Assembly: GCA_019358935.1 (NCBI GenBank)
Contig: JAHHIK010000088.1
Coordinates: forward strand, 1-35,726
Source of the DNA: Tolypothrix carrinoi HA7290-LM1
GTDB taxonomy: Bacteria > Cyanobacteriota > Cyanobacteriia > Cyanobacteriales > Nostocaceae
Direction of reading: 5' to 3'
Length of the DNA stretch: 35,726 nt
A model generated the notes under the pieces. The model had not been told where the DNA came from. It ran no database searches and was given only the letters and a program-made list of their open reading frames with translations. Position numbers and translations under genes: made by a program. This document shows, one piece after another, positions 10,885 through 22,200 of the stretch (the first letter of the stretch is position 1; each line of letters starts with the position of its first letter).

Positions 10885-13800
10885 ATGACTCATTCCTTTC
10901 TAGAACGCTTGCACAGTCCAGACCGTCCGGTTCTCGTCTTCGATGGGGCGATGGGAACGAATTTGCAAACGCAAAACCTCACCGCTGAGGATTTCGGTGG
11001 TCCTCAGTACGAAGGTTGCAACGAATATCTCGTCCACACCAAACCCGAAGCTGTCGCTAAGGTTCACCGCGATTTTCTCAGCGCTGGTGCAGATGTCATC
11101 GAAACTGACACTTTTGGTAGTGCGTCAATTGTACTTGCTGAATACGACTTGGCAGACCAAGCATACTACCTAACTAAAACCGCCGCAGAATTAGCAAAGC
11201 GTGTCGCTGCTGAATTTTCCACCCCAGAAAAACCCCGCTTTGTCGCCGGTTCGATGGGACCGACAACGAAGTTACCTACCTTAGGACATATTGACTTTGA
11301 CACGATGAAAGCGTCTTTTGCTGAACAAGCAGAAGGACTTTGGGATGGTGGTGTCGATTTGTTTATCGTCGAAACTTGTCAAGATGTGCTGCAAATCAAA
11401 GCCGCGCTGAATGCAATTGAAGAAGTCTTTGTGAAAAAAGGTGATCGCCGTCCGGTGATGGTTTCTGTGACAATGGAAACTATGGGGACAATGTTGGTCG
11501 GGACGGAAATTAACGCCGTTGTCACCATTTTAGAACCGTATAAAATTGACATTCTCGGTCTGAACTGCGCTACCGGTCCAGACTTGATGAAACCACACAT
11601 CAAATATCTCTCGGAACATTCGCCTTTTATCGTTTCCTGTATTCCCAACGCGGGTTTACCGGAAAATGTCGGCGGTCAAGCACACTACCGACTGACACCG
11701 ATGGAATTACGGATGTCATTGATGCACTTTGTTGAAGATTTGGGTGTCCAAGTGATTGGGGGTTGCTGTGGGACGCGTCCAGAACACATTCAACAAATGG
11801 CAGAAATTGCCAAAGACCTGAAGCCAAAAGTTAGACATCCGGAACTTGAACCAGCAGCAGCGTCAATTTACAGCACGCAACCCTACGACCAAGATAACTC
11901 GTTCTTGATTGTCGGCGAACGTCTCAACGCCAGCGGTTCCAAAAAATGCCGCGATTTGCTCAACGCGGAAGATTGGGATGGACTCGTTTCAATGGCAAGG
12001 GCACAGGTCAAAGAAGGGGCACACATCCTCGATGTCAACGTCGATTACGTGGGACGTAATGGCGAACGAGACATGCACGAATTGGTTTCGCGCATTGTCA
12101 ATAATGTTACGCTGCCTTTGATGCTCGACTCCACCGAATGGGAAAAGATGGAGGCAGGTTTAAAAGTTGCCGGCGGTAAGTGTTTGCTCAATTCCACCAA
12201 CTACGAAGACGGTGAACCGCGCTTTTTGAAGGTGTTGGAGTTGGCGAAAAAGTATGGTGCTGGTGTAGTCATTGGCACTATCGATGAAGATGGAATGGCG
12301 AGAACTGCTGAGAAAAAATTCCAAATTGCTCAACGTGCTTATCGTCAAGCTGTAGAATTCGGCATTCCGGCAACAGAGATATTCTTTGATACGCTTGCTC
12401 TCCCGATTTCCACGGGGATTGAAGAAGACCGGGAAAACGGAAAAGCGACAATAGAAGCGATTCGGCGGATTCGTCAAGAATTGCCGGGAAGTCATGTAAT
12501 TTTGGGTGTATCGAATATTTCCTTCGGTTTAAACCCAGCAGCGCGGGTGGTGCTGAACTCGATGTTTTTGCACGAAGCGATCGCAGCGGGAATGGATGCG
12601 GCGATCGTTAGTCCTAACAAGATTTTACCACTTTCTAAGATTGAAGAACGCCATCAAGAAGTTTGCCTTCAGTTGATTAACGATCAGCGGAGGTTTGAGG
12701 GTGATGTCTGCGTTTATGATCCGTTGGGAGAATTGACAACATTATTTGAAGGAGTGACAACGAAACGCGATCGCTCTTTGGATGAAAGTCTCCCCATCGA
12801 AGAACGTTTGAAGCGTCACATCATCGACGGTGAACGCATCGGTCTAGAGGAACATCTGCAAAAAGCTTTAGAACAATATCCCCCCTTACAGATTATAAAC
12901 GTCTTTTTGCTCGATGGGATGAAAGTTGTCGGTGAATTGTTCGGATCCGGGCAAATGCAGCTACCTTTCGTATTACAATCAGCGGAAACTATGAAAGCGG
13001 CGGTTGCTTTTTTAGAACCGTTCATGGAAAAGTCAGAATCAGGCAATAACGCCAAAGGAACGTTTGTTATCGCTACCGTAAAAGGCGATGTTCACGACAT
13101 TGGTAAAAACCTGGTGGATATCATCTTGTCAAACAACGGTTACAAGGTGATTAATTTGGGGATTAAACAGCCGGTGGAAAATATCATTGAAGCATACGAA
13201 AAGCATCAAGCTGATTGTATTGCGATGAGTGGTTTGCTGGTGAAATCCACCGCTTTCATGAAGGAGAATTTGCAGGTTTTCAATGAAAAGGGAATTACTG
13301 TACCGGTGATTTTAGGTGGTGCAGCGTTGACTCCTAAATTTGTCCATGACGATTGCCAAAACACTTACAAAGGTAAAGTCGTTTATGGCAAAGATGCATT
13401 TTCTGACTTGCATTTCATGGATAAATTAATGCCGGCAAAATCCCAAGGACATTGGGATAATTTGCAGGGATTTTTGGGTGAAGCTGAAGACAACTCAGGA
13501 AATGGGCATAAAGAAGTAGCAGAAGAGAAAGCCAAACAAGAAACTGATGAACCTAAGGTAATAGATATTCGTCGTTCGGAAGCGGTGACGGTGGATATTG
13601 AACGTCCGACACCACCTTTTTGGGGTACGCAATTATTGCAACCTGGGGATATTTCTTTGGAGGAGATATTCTCTTATTTAGATTTGCAAGCTTTGATTGC
13701 GGGGCAATGGCAATTCCGCAAGCCAAAGGAACAATCGAAGGAGGAATATCAGGCTTTTTTGAATGAGAAGGTGTATCCGATTTTGGATAGTTGGAAGCGG

Positions 13801-14439
13801 CGAATTATTGAGGAGAATTTGTTGCATCCGCAGGTGATTTATGGGTATTTTCCTTGTCAAGCTGAGGGGAATACGCTGTATGTTTATGATACGAACCGCG
13901 TTGGCGAAGCCTCTCGAAGAGAAGACGCGAAGGACGCGAAGGTAAGAGCTAGTTTTGAGTTTCCCAGGCAGAAGTCGTTGAGGAGGCTGTGTATTGCTGA
14001 TTTCTTTGCGCCGAAGGAGTCGGGGGTAATTGATGTGTTTCCGATGCAAGCGGTGACTGTGGGTGAGGTTGCGACTGAGTTTGCTCAGAAGTTGTTTGCA
14101 AATAATCAATACACTGATTATCTGTATTTCCACGGTTTGGCTGTGCAGGTTGCAGAAGCGCTGGCTGAGTGGACGCACGCTCGAATACGGCGTGAGTTTG
14201 GGTTTGCGGCTGAGGAACCGGATAATATTCGGGATATTTTGGCGCAGAGATATCGCGGTTCGCGGTATAGTTTTGGCTATCCGGCTTGTCCGAATATTCA
14301 GGATCAGTACAAGCAGCTGGAGTTGTTGGGAACTGATAGGATTAATCTGTTTATGGATGAAAGTGAGCAGATTTATCCAGAACAGTCTACAACGGCGATT
14401 ATTTGCTATCACCCGGTAGCGAAGTACTTTAGCGCGTAG
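10885..14439 (+). CDS. metH: Cobalamin-dependent methionine synthase
   Basis: [39 protein letters not shown] (B12 motif), [10 protein letters not shown]. Confidence 0.98.
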   Translation: MTHSFLERLHSPDRPVLVFDGAMGTNLQTQNLTAEDFGGPQYEGCNEYLVHTKPEAVAKVHRDFLSAGADVIETDTFGSASIVLAEYDLADQAYYLTKTAAELAKRVAAEFSTPEKPRFVAGSMGPTTKLPTLGHIDFDTMKASFAEQAEGLWDGGVDLFIVETCQDVLQIKAALNAIEEVFVKKGDRRPVMVSVTMETMGTMLVGTEINAVVTILEPYKIDILGLNCATGPDLMKPHIKYLSEHSPFIVSCIPNAGLPENVGGQAHYRLTPMELRMSLMHFVEDLGVQVIGGCCGTRPEHIQQMAEIAKDLKPKVRHPELEPAAASIYSTQPYDQDNSFLIVGERLNASGSKKCRDLLNAEDWDGLVSMARAQVKEGAHILDVNVDYVGRNGERDMHELVSRIVNNVTLPLMLDSTEWEKMEAGLKVAGGKCLLNSTNYEDGEPRFLKVLELAKKYGAGVVIGTIDEDGMARTAEKKFQIAQRAYRQAVEFGIPATEIFFDTLALPISTGIEEDRENGKATIEAIRRIRQELPGSHVILGVSNISFGLNPAARVVLNSMFLHEAIAAGMDAAIVSPNKILPLSKIEERHQEVCLQLINDQRRFEGDVCVYDPLGELTTLFEGVTTKRDRSLDESLPIEERLKRHIIDGERIGLEEHLQKALEQYPPLQIINVFLLDGMKVVGELFGSGQMQLPFVLQSAETMKAAVAFLEPFMEKSESGNNAKGTFVIATVKGDVHDIGKNLVDIILSNNGYKVINLGIKQPVENIIEAYEKHQADCIAMSGLLVKSTAFMKENLQVFNEKGITVPVILGGAALTPKFVHDDCQNTYKGKVVYGKDAFSDLHFMDKLMPAKSQGHWDNLQGFLGEAEDNSGNGHKEVAEEKAKQETDEPKVIDIRRSEAVTVDIERPTPPFWGTQLLQPGDISLEEIFSYLDLQALIAGQWQFRKPKEQSKEEYQAFLNEKVYPILDSWKRRIIEENLLHPQVIYGYFPCQAEGNTLYVYDTNRVGEASRREDAKDAKVRASFEFPRQKSLRRLCIADFFAPKESGVIDVFPMQAVTVGEVATEFAQKLFANNQYTDYLYFHGLAVQVAEALAEWTHARIRREFGFAAEEPDNIRDILAQRYRGSRYSFGYPACPNIQDQYKQLELLGTDRINLFMDESEQIYPEQSTTAIICYHPVAKYFSA
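13891..13941 (+). repeat. In-frame composite repeat insertion inside metH (21-nt SDR-like unit nested in an acgaaccgc...cgcgaag repeat)
   Basis: acgaaccgcg[ttggcgaagcctctcgaagag]aagacgcgaaggacgcgaag; the outer part resembles 22720-22749. Confidence 0.7.
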
Positions 14440-14449
14440 TACCCCACCC

Positions 14450-14482
14450 CCTACCCCCTCCCCGCACGCGGAGAGGGGGAGA
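14450..14482 (+). terminator. C-rich/G-rich hairpin repeat after the metH stop
   Basis: cctaccccctccccgcacgcggagagggggaga; degenerate copy at 23600-23632. Confidence 0.6.
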
Positions 14483-14504
14483 AACAAAAGTTAAGAAATT
14501 TAAA

Positions 14505-14617
14505 TGGCGTTGCTGATTGAAAATATGAATTAGTCTCACGCAAAGGCGCAAAGACGCAAAGTTACAAAGAAAAAGAAGCATAATTTTATAATTTCATATT
14601 TTGATTCACCAACGCCA
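14505..14617. mobile_element. MITE-like element with 25-bp imperfect TIRs
   Basis: tggcgttgctgattgaaaatatgaa vs reverse complement of the right end tggcgttggtgaatcaaaatatgaa (22/25). Carries the internal tctcacgcaaaggcgcaaag repeat also seen at 28402-28429. Confidence 0.75.
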
Positions 14618-14631
14618 AGAAATGTAGAAAT

Positions 14632-14663
14632 GTAGGGTGTGTTGTCGCACAGCGCAACGCACC
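14632..14663. repeat. GTAGGGTG-type REP-like hairpin
   Basis: gtagggtgtgttgtcgcacagcgcaacgcacc; relatives at 19099-19135 and 29611-29687. Confidence 0.75.
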
Positions 14664-14672
14664 GTCAATAAT

Positions 14673-17600
14673 TCAAGATGCCATAACATACCCTACTAAG
14701 ACGCGGTAAGCTTGTAATGCAGCTTCTTTGACGGGTTCGGGAACGATGGGGAAAGTGCTGAGGATGTAGGCAAATTCTTCTTCAGTTAAGCCGTAGAGAT
14801 GGGCTATCATTCCGTCGAGTTCAGCACGGAGTTTTGCTCTTTCGCTTTCGTTGGTGACACCGTTTGCGTGGGAACCTAGTCCGACTTCTTGCGCGAGTTC
14901 GTCAAATTCTGGGGTGGTGCAGATGAGTTTGGCTGCGCGTTGTACGATTTCAGAGAAGTAGCGATCGCTTTCTGTTAGACGTGGAACAGGTAATTGGTAA
15001 ACATAGAACATATTGCAATGTGCCGTCACTTTTTGGCGAATTATAAAATCGCAAGCAAAGCTATTTAGTACAGCGCAGATAAACAATAATTCCTTTTGAT
15101 TGCTAAATGGCTTTGAGACAATTAGTGTATTACCTGCAAAAACATTAGGAGGGATAATTCCTGCAATCATAGTTCGGAAGTTAGTAGCATTTGCTACGTC
15201 CCTAAATCCTATACGATAACTTTGATAATCTAATTTTTTACCGTTATCTGTCTCATTTTTTCCTAATAAAGCTTCCCTACCTTTTTTCTCATCTATCCAA
15301 TATCTTGGTTCAGCAAAAAGGTGAGTGAATTGATGAATCATCTTACCTTCGTAAAGAGGTAGCCTTCCTTTTACAATTTGTTTGTTAAACAAATAGCTAT
15401 CACTTGTCATGTTTAATTCTTGCTTGAGCGATAGATTCCAGTTATCCTCAATCTTTTCACCCAGTAACGCAAACTGAGTTACTTTCTTAGCTATGCGAAT
15501 ATCAATTTTATTTTTCAACTCCATTACTGATAGAGAATCCGGAGAGAGCTTACGCACTAAATCAATATTAATTTTCAAGCTATCTTCACGCGGAAATCTT
15601 TGAAGTTCCTGGACATCAAGACGCATAAAAGCAGATGGAAATTCTTCTGTTTTACCACCTTTTTCAAAAGTAAGGACAGTGAACTTAAAACGACTATCGA
15701 CACCTTCAAAAATTTGTTTACGATTCTCAAAGCCGAATAATCCGGTGACTGTAGTTTGGCTAAAGAGCATTTCTCGCAGTTGCTTAGTTCCCAAGTCAGT
15801 ATAAATACCGCTAGGAATAACAATTCCACACTCAGCACCAGGACGCAGCAGATTGAAACACTGTTCGACAAACAAAAAGTATAGGTTAATCTTTCGTGCT
15901 ACACTTCTACCACCTATTTCTGAACGCTGATTTTTATATTGTTCAGATTTCTTAAAGTAAGCGCTTACGTGAGGATAACTACTACAATATTCTAACCAAG
16001 CTGTTTGAATTTCTACATCTTGCAGGAAATTTTCACGTTGCTTAGACCAAGATAAAATATCTAATTTTTTCTTCTGTATTAAATTGTCATATTTGGAAAA
16101 AAATTCTTTCTCATCAGTCTGAAATACTTCCCAAGGTGGATTAGTAATAATCGCATCAAAACCACCCCTTTCCAAAACCTTGTCAAAGTGATAACCCCAG
16201 TGAAAAGGCTTCAAAGCAGCAATATCATCAACTTTCAAAACACGCTTCTTAGGTTTCCCAGTTAACTGAAATTCCTCGTATTTAATACCCAGTTTTTGAT
16301 TAAACTCATCCAACAATAAAAAATTTAACTTCTTTTGCGATTCTTTATTCAGGTTGTCAATCGATTTCCGCAAATTTAACAACCTTCCATCTTGATGCGT
16401 TCCCACTTCTCCACCAGGAAGTTTTTCCTCACCAGGAATAAAAGCGTGTTTTTTGTAAAGTTCAATCGATTTATTCTTCTCTTCGAGAATTTTTTTGTAA
16501 TTATTTGCTGTCAACTGCTGTAATAAATTACCTTGTTTAGTATTTCCTACTGTATCAAAAGCAGTTTCATCGACTTTAATTAATCCAATCAGCGAATTAC
16601 CCGCCATAATATTAAAATCAATATTAGGTAGCGGTTCTAATTCATCGACATTGTGAGCAGAAGAAACCAACGCTAAGAAAAGACGCAATTTTGCAATTTC
16701 CGTTGCTTCCTCCATGATGTCTACACCAAAGAGGTTATCAGTTACAATCCGCTTTTTAATAAAATAAGATAGCGATTGATGAGATTTTTCTAAATCTTGA
16801 AGTTCTCTTTTTAGTTTTGCATCTCCCATCAATTTAATCGTGCCAATTACCGCACTGTAAACTTGAATTAGCGTCTTCATCGCTGCCACAAGAAACGCAC
16901 CCGAACCACAAGCCGGGTCAAGAATCGATAAATTGGGGAGAATATCTTTAATCAGTAAACGACAGACATTAGCATCTAGTTTGAGAAAGAGTTCATTAAT
17001 ATCTTCAAAAGGTTTATACTTATCTGAAATAGAATAATTTACGCGGTCTACAATTAATTTGTGAATTGTTCTGTCACAGAGGTATTCAGTTATTTGCGGT
17101 CTAGTATAGTAAGCGCCAAACGCTTTTTGGTTAATGTATTTTTCAAAAATGTACCCTAAAACATCCGGGTTAATTTCATCATCTTTACCCTCTGGGGTGT
17201 CATCCAAATTCCAAGAATAACGCCCAAAGAAATCTAAAACTTTCTCAAACGCTTCATCCGCTATGACAATATTATACTCTTGTTCAATGCGATGTCTTAA
17301 AAATAATCCACCATTTAAGTATTTAATATTTCCTACTAAAGCTTGTACAGATGGGTTGCGGTCTATCTCTGGTTTAGCAAAAGATTCAAAGAATAATACT
17401 TGCAAAAAGGTGTTATAATAAAGATTATCGCCTTGCTGTTTGCTTTCTTTTAGCTTGTTTTGCAGATAATTTAAATCACCATTATTAATAAAACCCTTAC
17501 GTTGCAGAAAATAAACAAACATCAGGCGATTGAGAAGCACCGATGCATACCAACGTCGGTCATGAGTATTATTAATGCCTTTAACGTAGGCTAAAAACTG

Positions 17601-18134
17601 CTTGTGCTGTTCTTGAAATTCCTTATAAAACTGTTTAGTTACTCGTTCAACATCAAAAGCTTTTTGCAGTCGATAAGCAATTTCTACAACAGTCGGTTCA
17701 CTGTTTTCTAGTTCAGTGATATCAATAACCAGAGAACCAAGTTTACTTAAAAATAAATCTCCTGGTTGACCTTTTACATATAAATGGTCACGAATAAAGC
17801 TTTTATTTTCTTCCCGCTTTACCCAATACCAAAGACTGCGGGTGCGTTTATTATCAATAAAAATCAGCAGATTTTCAGCTTTTAATTTAGTAATTTCTTG
17901 GTAAATAGCAGCGCGAATTTTAGCTTCTGGAATTTCACCATCTGCTGCGCTGACTTCATAAACAGCTACACCTGATATCTCTGCAATACATTTGTACTGA
18001 AAAATCTTGCCCTCAATTTCCAAGGTTACAGCCTTTCTGCGTATCGGTTGTGACCAACCCAACTCCTCGATAAACAAATCCTCGAATTCAAAGTTATAGA
18101 GTAAATCGCGTGTCTGTTTAAAATTGAGTGCCAT
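14673..18134 (-). CDS. Large N6-adenine DNA methyltransferase with TRD (Eco57I/type IIG-like, DrmMI/PglX-like architecture)
   Basis: YLNGGLF, GAYYTR, LDPACGSGAFL (motif I), FGVDI, IITNPPW (motif IV), C-terminal RAELDGMIAHLYGLTEEEFAYILSTFP; 1153 aa. Confidence 0.9.
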   Translation of the reverse strand: MALNFKQTRDLLYNFEFEDLFIEELGWSQPIRRKAVTLEIEGKIFQYKCIAEISGVAVYEVSAADGEIPEAKIRAAIYQEITKLKAENLLIFIDNKRTRSLWYWVKREENKSFIRDHLYVKGQPGDLFLSKLGSLVIDITELENSEPTVVEIAYRLQKAFDVERVTKQFYKEFQEQHKQFLAYVKGINNTHDRRWYASVLLNRLMFVYFLQRKGFINNGDLNYLQNKLKESKQQGDNLYYNTFLQVLFFESFAKPEIDRNPSVQALVGNIKYLNGGLFLRHRIEQEYNIVIADEAFEKVLDFFGRYSWNLDDTPEGKDDEINPDVLGYIFEKYINQKAFGAYYTRPQITEYLCDRTIHKLIVDRVNYSISDKYKPFEDINELFLKLDANVCRLLIKDILPNLSILDPACGSGAFLVAAMKTLIQVYSAVIGTIKLMGDAKLKRELQDLEKSHQSLSYFIKKRIVTDNLFGVDIMEEATEIAKLRLFLALVSSAHNVDELEPLPNIDFNIMAGNSLIGLIKVDETAFDTVGNTKQGNLLQQLTANNYKKILEEKNKSIELYKKHAFIPGEEKLPGGEVGTHQDGRLLNLRKSIDNLNKESQKKLNFLLLDEFNQKLGIKYEEFQLTGKPKKRVLKVDDIAALKPFHWGYHFDKVLERGGFDAIITNPPWEVFQTDEKEFFSKYDNLIQKKKLDILSWSKQRENFLQDVEIQTAWLEYCSSYPHVSAYFKKSEQYKNQRSEIGGRSVARKINLYFLFVEQCFNLLRPGAECGIVIPSGIYTDLGTKQLREMLFSQTTVTGLFGFENRKQIFEGVDSRFKFTVLTFEKGGKTEEFPSAFMRLDVQELQRFPREDSLKINIDLVRKLSPDSLSVMELKNKIDIRIAKKVTQFALLGEKIEDNWNLSLKQELNMTSDSYLFNKQIVKGRLPLYEGKMIHQFTHLFAEPRYWIDEKKGREALLGKNETDNGKKLDYQSYRIGFRDVANATNFRTMIAGIIPPNVFAGNTLIVSKPFSNQKELLFICAVLNSFACDFIIRQKVTAHCNMFYVYQLPVPRLTESDRYFSEIVQRAAKLICTTPEFDELAQEVGLGSHANGVTNESERAKLRAELDGMIAHLYGLTEEEFAYILSTFPIVPEPVKEAALQAYRVLVGYVMAS

Positions 18135-18300
18135 AGTATATTTAGCCTATTTCAGAAAAATAAAATTTTTCAGCATGACGAATCCGCCCGAAAAAGCTTT
18201 AAACTTCGGGCTGGAGAGGTTTATTTCAAGAATGAAAAATGTAAGAACTTTACAGGCGATCGCCCTGTATCTGTAATAGCCGCTATAATTACACTAAGGC

Positions 18301-18364
18301 TGAGTACAATTACTGAAATAAGCACTTTGAGTGTAAATACTTAAATCGTAAATGTATATACTGA
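18301..18364. promoter_or_regulatory. Possible repeated operator sites upstream of the MTase
   Basis: tgagtacaattactga (18301-18316), tgagtgtaaatactta (18328-18343) and a third tactga half-site ending at 18364. Confidence 0.3.
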
Positions 18365-18486
18365 TAATTTCAGGGTACTTTAAGTTAAAATTTTTAATTC
18401 AGTGTCAAAACTAAACCACAATCATTGTTCTTACCTCAGCACCACTTAGCTTTGGGGAACTTTGGGAAATTACTGAGGTAAATAAA

Positions 18487-18966
18487 TCAACTTGTCAATC
18501 TCTGCATTATTTGCTGTGCGACTTCGTAATCTTCATTAATCAAATAACAAAAGTGATAGTAACTAGCTAAATAAAAATCACAGCCAAATTTTTGATAGCG
18601 GTCTGCGACAGCTAGAAAACCATATCTTGCACCCCATGCATCTTTAAACCAATCTTCGTAAAAAGAATCATGCAAATAAAGCGTTATTGTCTTTTCATCA
18701 GCACTGGGAATCAAACGAATTAATTCAATATGGGGATGATGAGAACGGCTGACTGGTAAAAGTATGTCAAAACCATTAAAGTTGATAAAATCCGCTAAAT
18801 CATCTTCAGTCATTTCATAATATGAAGACGATTCTGGTAAAATAATAAAATTTCGCCAAGTCATCCAAAATTCATGCTTGGCATCAAATCCAGGGTCAAT
18901 ATCCAACCGCCAATTGTCTTCTTGACAAAGGTCATCGATGACTTCTTTTGGTAATGCTAAATTCAT
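18487..18966 (-). CDS. Hypothetical acidic/aromatic-rich protein (~159 aa) between the helicase and the MTase
   Basis: Clean ORF with protein-like composition; ATG at 18966; no recognised motif. Confidence 0.75.
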   Translation of the reverse strand: MNLALPKEVIDDLCQEDNWRLDIDPGFDAKHEFWMTWRNFIILPESSSYYEMTEDDLADFINFNGFDILLPVSRSHHPHIELIRLIPSADEKTITLYLHDSFYEDWFKDAWGARYGFLAVADRYQKFGCDFYLASYYHFCYLINEDYEVAQQIMQRLTS

Positions 18967-19098
18967 CAGAAAATTACCCAAGTAGACAGCATTAGTATTA
19001 TTGTACTATTAATGCGTCCAACCAATTTCTGCCACCATTGATAACAGTTTTTCGTTCTGGCTGTAGGTAACACCAATTCTCTCTGATGTTGAGTATAT

Positions 19099-19135
19099 GT
19101 AGGGTGCGTTAGCCTAACCGCATAACACACCCTAC
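19099..19135. repeat. GTAGGGTG-type REP-like hairpin downstream of the helicase gene
   Basis: gtagggtgcgttagcctaaccgcataacacaccctac. Confidence 0.8.
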
Positions 19136-19201
19136 CACTCTTTCTGTGTCCAAATTTATAAATGTTTATATGAAGTTTGTTTGCATTATATTTTTACAAC
19201 G

Positions 19202-22200
19202 TCACTTTTCCGGAAATAATCCCAGCGAACAAATAATTGATGGTTCTCTTTTCTCTACTTCTTCACTGACAATACATAAACGGTCATCCATCCGCAGGGC
19301 TACTATCAATTCTGCCAATTGCTGATTATTAATACCGCTTCTTAATTGCCGATTTAAAGTATCAATTGCTGACTGTCTTAACGGGTAACGATAAATATCA
19401 TCAATTGCCTTTAGCAGTTCTTCAGTAATAAATAACGTCTCCTTCATTTCCTGAACATAACTTTTTAATCGTTCATAAGTGCGGAACCTTGCACCTGATG
19501 GTCTTCCCAACTGACCACCCATATTTTTTTCTTCCTCCGCAATCAGTTCAGCACCTTTTTTAACTAACTCGTGGTGCTGTTCATCTCTGGGAATAGCGGG
19601 AGTATTTTCTTCACAAGCCGCCATTTTTAAAACTGCTAATTGCGACTGAGTGACGTTATTTCCTTCGCGGTCAACATAAATCAAAGAATCATTACCTTCG
19701 GTGGTTTTCATGTAAAGAAGTACCCCCTCTGGTTGTATTTCGGGAGTATGGGCGCGGGTAGAATAAACGACATTTGGCATGTCTTCAATCATCTTTTTCA
19801 AAGCCTGATTGTCATCAGTGGCTTTTTTCCAAATTTGAAATGCTTCCGAGGTCAAGTCTACTTCTGTATCTTCTTCGCCATCCAAAATCCCAGATTTTTC
19901 ATTGTAGATGTCGAGAATTACCTGAGTAGAATCATCTTCAAAAAATGCCTCATCAGTTCCCACTACCTCAGCATTTTCTTGTAGTCTTTGGCGTAATCTT
20001 AAGCGTAAATTAATAATGCGTTCTACACCCGCTGCTGGTAGAAAGGAATAACAAAGAATTTTTTCTGCATTTTGTCCAATTCTGTCTACCCGTCCCGCCC
20101 TTTGGATTAATCTAATAATTGCCCACGGTAAATCCCAATTAACAATAATCGCGCAGTCTTGTAAATTATGACCTTCACTCAAAACATCGGTGGCAATTAA
20201 AATACGTAATTCATGATTATTTGTGAGTTTCTCACCTTTCCCATTACTAATAGGACTAAACCTGACCGCCAGTTCCGTAGGGTCTTTTGATTGACCCGTC
20301 ACTCCTGCGACACTGGTAAGTTTTCTCGCCTGTAAATTATCAGCAAGGTAGCGTACTGTATCTGCAAATTGAGTGAAAATTAGTACCTTATCGTTGGGGT
20401 GAGTTTTTGTTAGCAGTTCGACCAAAGCCGCAAATTTTTCATCTTCTTTGGAATTCCACTCGCCACAGTGTTGTAACATATTAATTAGTGCTTTGGCATC
20501 TGTTAATAAATCCCGTTTTAATTTTTTAATATCAAACAGTGAAGAACGCAACCACTTAAACCGCCGTTTATATCGGGTTGCATATTCAGTGTAAATTGAC
20601 TCTGCTTTTTGTCGAAAACTTTTTTCTGTTATTTCTGTCTCTCCTAACTCTTGCAGAGATGAATCATCAACATCATCTTCGGTTTCAGTATCAAACATTG
20701 CTGCTACAGAATCCGCATCTTCATCATTGTTACTTGTGTCTAATAACTCAGCATCCTGAGTACCGATAGGAATATCAAGTTCCTGATCTAAAGCATATAA
20801 ATAAATAAAATTACGTAAAATGTGGCGTTCAATTGATTGGATAAAAGCAAAGCCACTACTTTCTAAACGTTTAAATAAATTAGTACGGGAAAATCCCATT
20901 AACCTACGTCCACCACGAAATAATGCATTAAGCTGGCGCTGTTCATTGTCAGTGGGTGGTTGTTTTTGTTTGGTGAAAACGTAATTTCCTAATCCATAAC
21001 GAGGTAGGTTAAGTTGATTTATTATCTCTACGATTGACTCAGAATAAAGGCGAGAATAAAGGTCAGTTTCCGAACCTTCTAAAGTAAACTTGACAGTCCG
21101 AGGAATGCGGTCTGGAAAATAAGAACGTCTGCCATCGGAAAATTCTAGATACTTGCGTCCGGTTTCATCAGTTTGGGCATAATTCTCTTTAATAAACGAT
21201 CGCGTTCGCCGCACCATGTAACGTTTCATTAACTCTCGCCAGTCATCGGGATGTTCGCTTTTTTCAAAAGCCGCTAAAGAGCGTACAGAACATTGATGTC
21301 TTCTGATAAACTCTAATTCTCCTACAGAACTGCCGCCTAGTTCATTAATTAAAGCTTCTGGTCGAAACCCCAAATCTTCGTCTTCTGGGACAAATAACCG
21401 CAGTTGGGAAGAAAGGTCAAGATAAGTTTTGTTGTAGGGAGTGGCAGATAGGAGAATGCATTTACTTTCGTTATTTTTAACATATTCTGCGATCGCTCTA
21501 TATCTCTTGCCTTCCCGATTACGTAAATTGTGACTTTCATCAATTAATACAACTCGGTAGCGGCGTAATTCTGGTAACTTACTTTGTACTTTACTTATCG
21601 GCAAAATTTTCGCATATAACTTATAATTATCTACATATTGCTGCCACATTTGCACCAAGTTTTTCGGGCAAATAATTAGCGTTTCTAACAAACAATCTTC
21701 TTGTAATATTTTGGCAAGGGCAGTTCCTATTAAAGTTTTCCCCAAACCAACCACATCCCCCACCAACACACCACCGCGTTTGGTGACATGACGCGCTGCT
21801 AGCTGCACTGCTGCTTTTTGGAAATCAAACAAATTATTAAATTCACGGGGGATGCGGAACTCAGATAAACCTGCGATCGCTTCATGAGACAAATGATAAA
21901 CAATCTTTAGGTAAATATGGTAAGGCGGAATTAATTCTTTTCTCGCCCAACTCTCATCAATGATATCTGCGAGTTCTTGGGAAATATCTACACAGCCATA
22001 ATCTTTCCAGCGGTCATCAAACCATTTTTGCAGCTTATTGCAGGCATCGTGATCTAAAATATCAACATTCAATTCTCCTTGTTTCGCAAGTCCAGGCAGA
22101 GTCAGGTTACTGCTACCCAAAAATCCCACGGTCGGAGTATTGGGGTCATTGCGATGCACCAAGTATAATTTGGCGTGGAGGGAGTGACGCAAAAACAGTT

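Noticed and set aside
13550..14439. G/T-skewed codon usage in the metH 3' part as proof of tail replacement
   Set aside because: A similar skew occurs in other genes here (e.g. 28442-29566), so it is not independent evidence without a phylogeny.
13678..14487. 269-aa antisense ORF and other shadow ORFs
   Set aside because: They overlap confident genes on the opposite strand or frame and carry no motifs.
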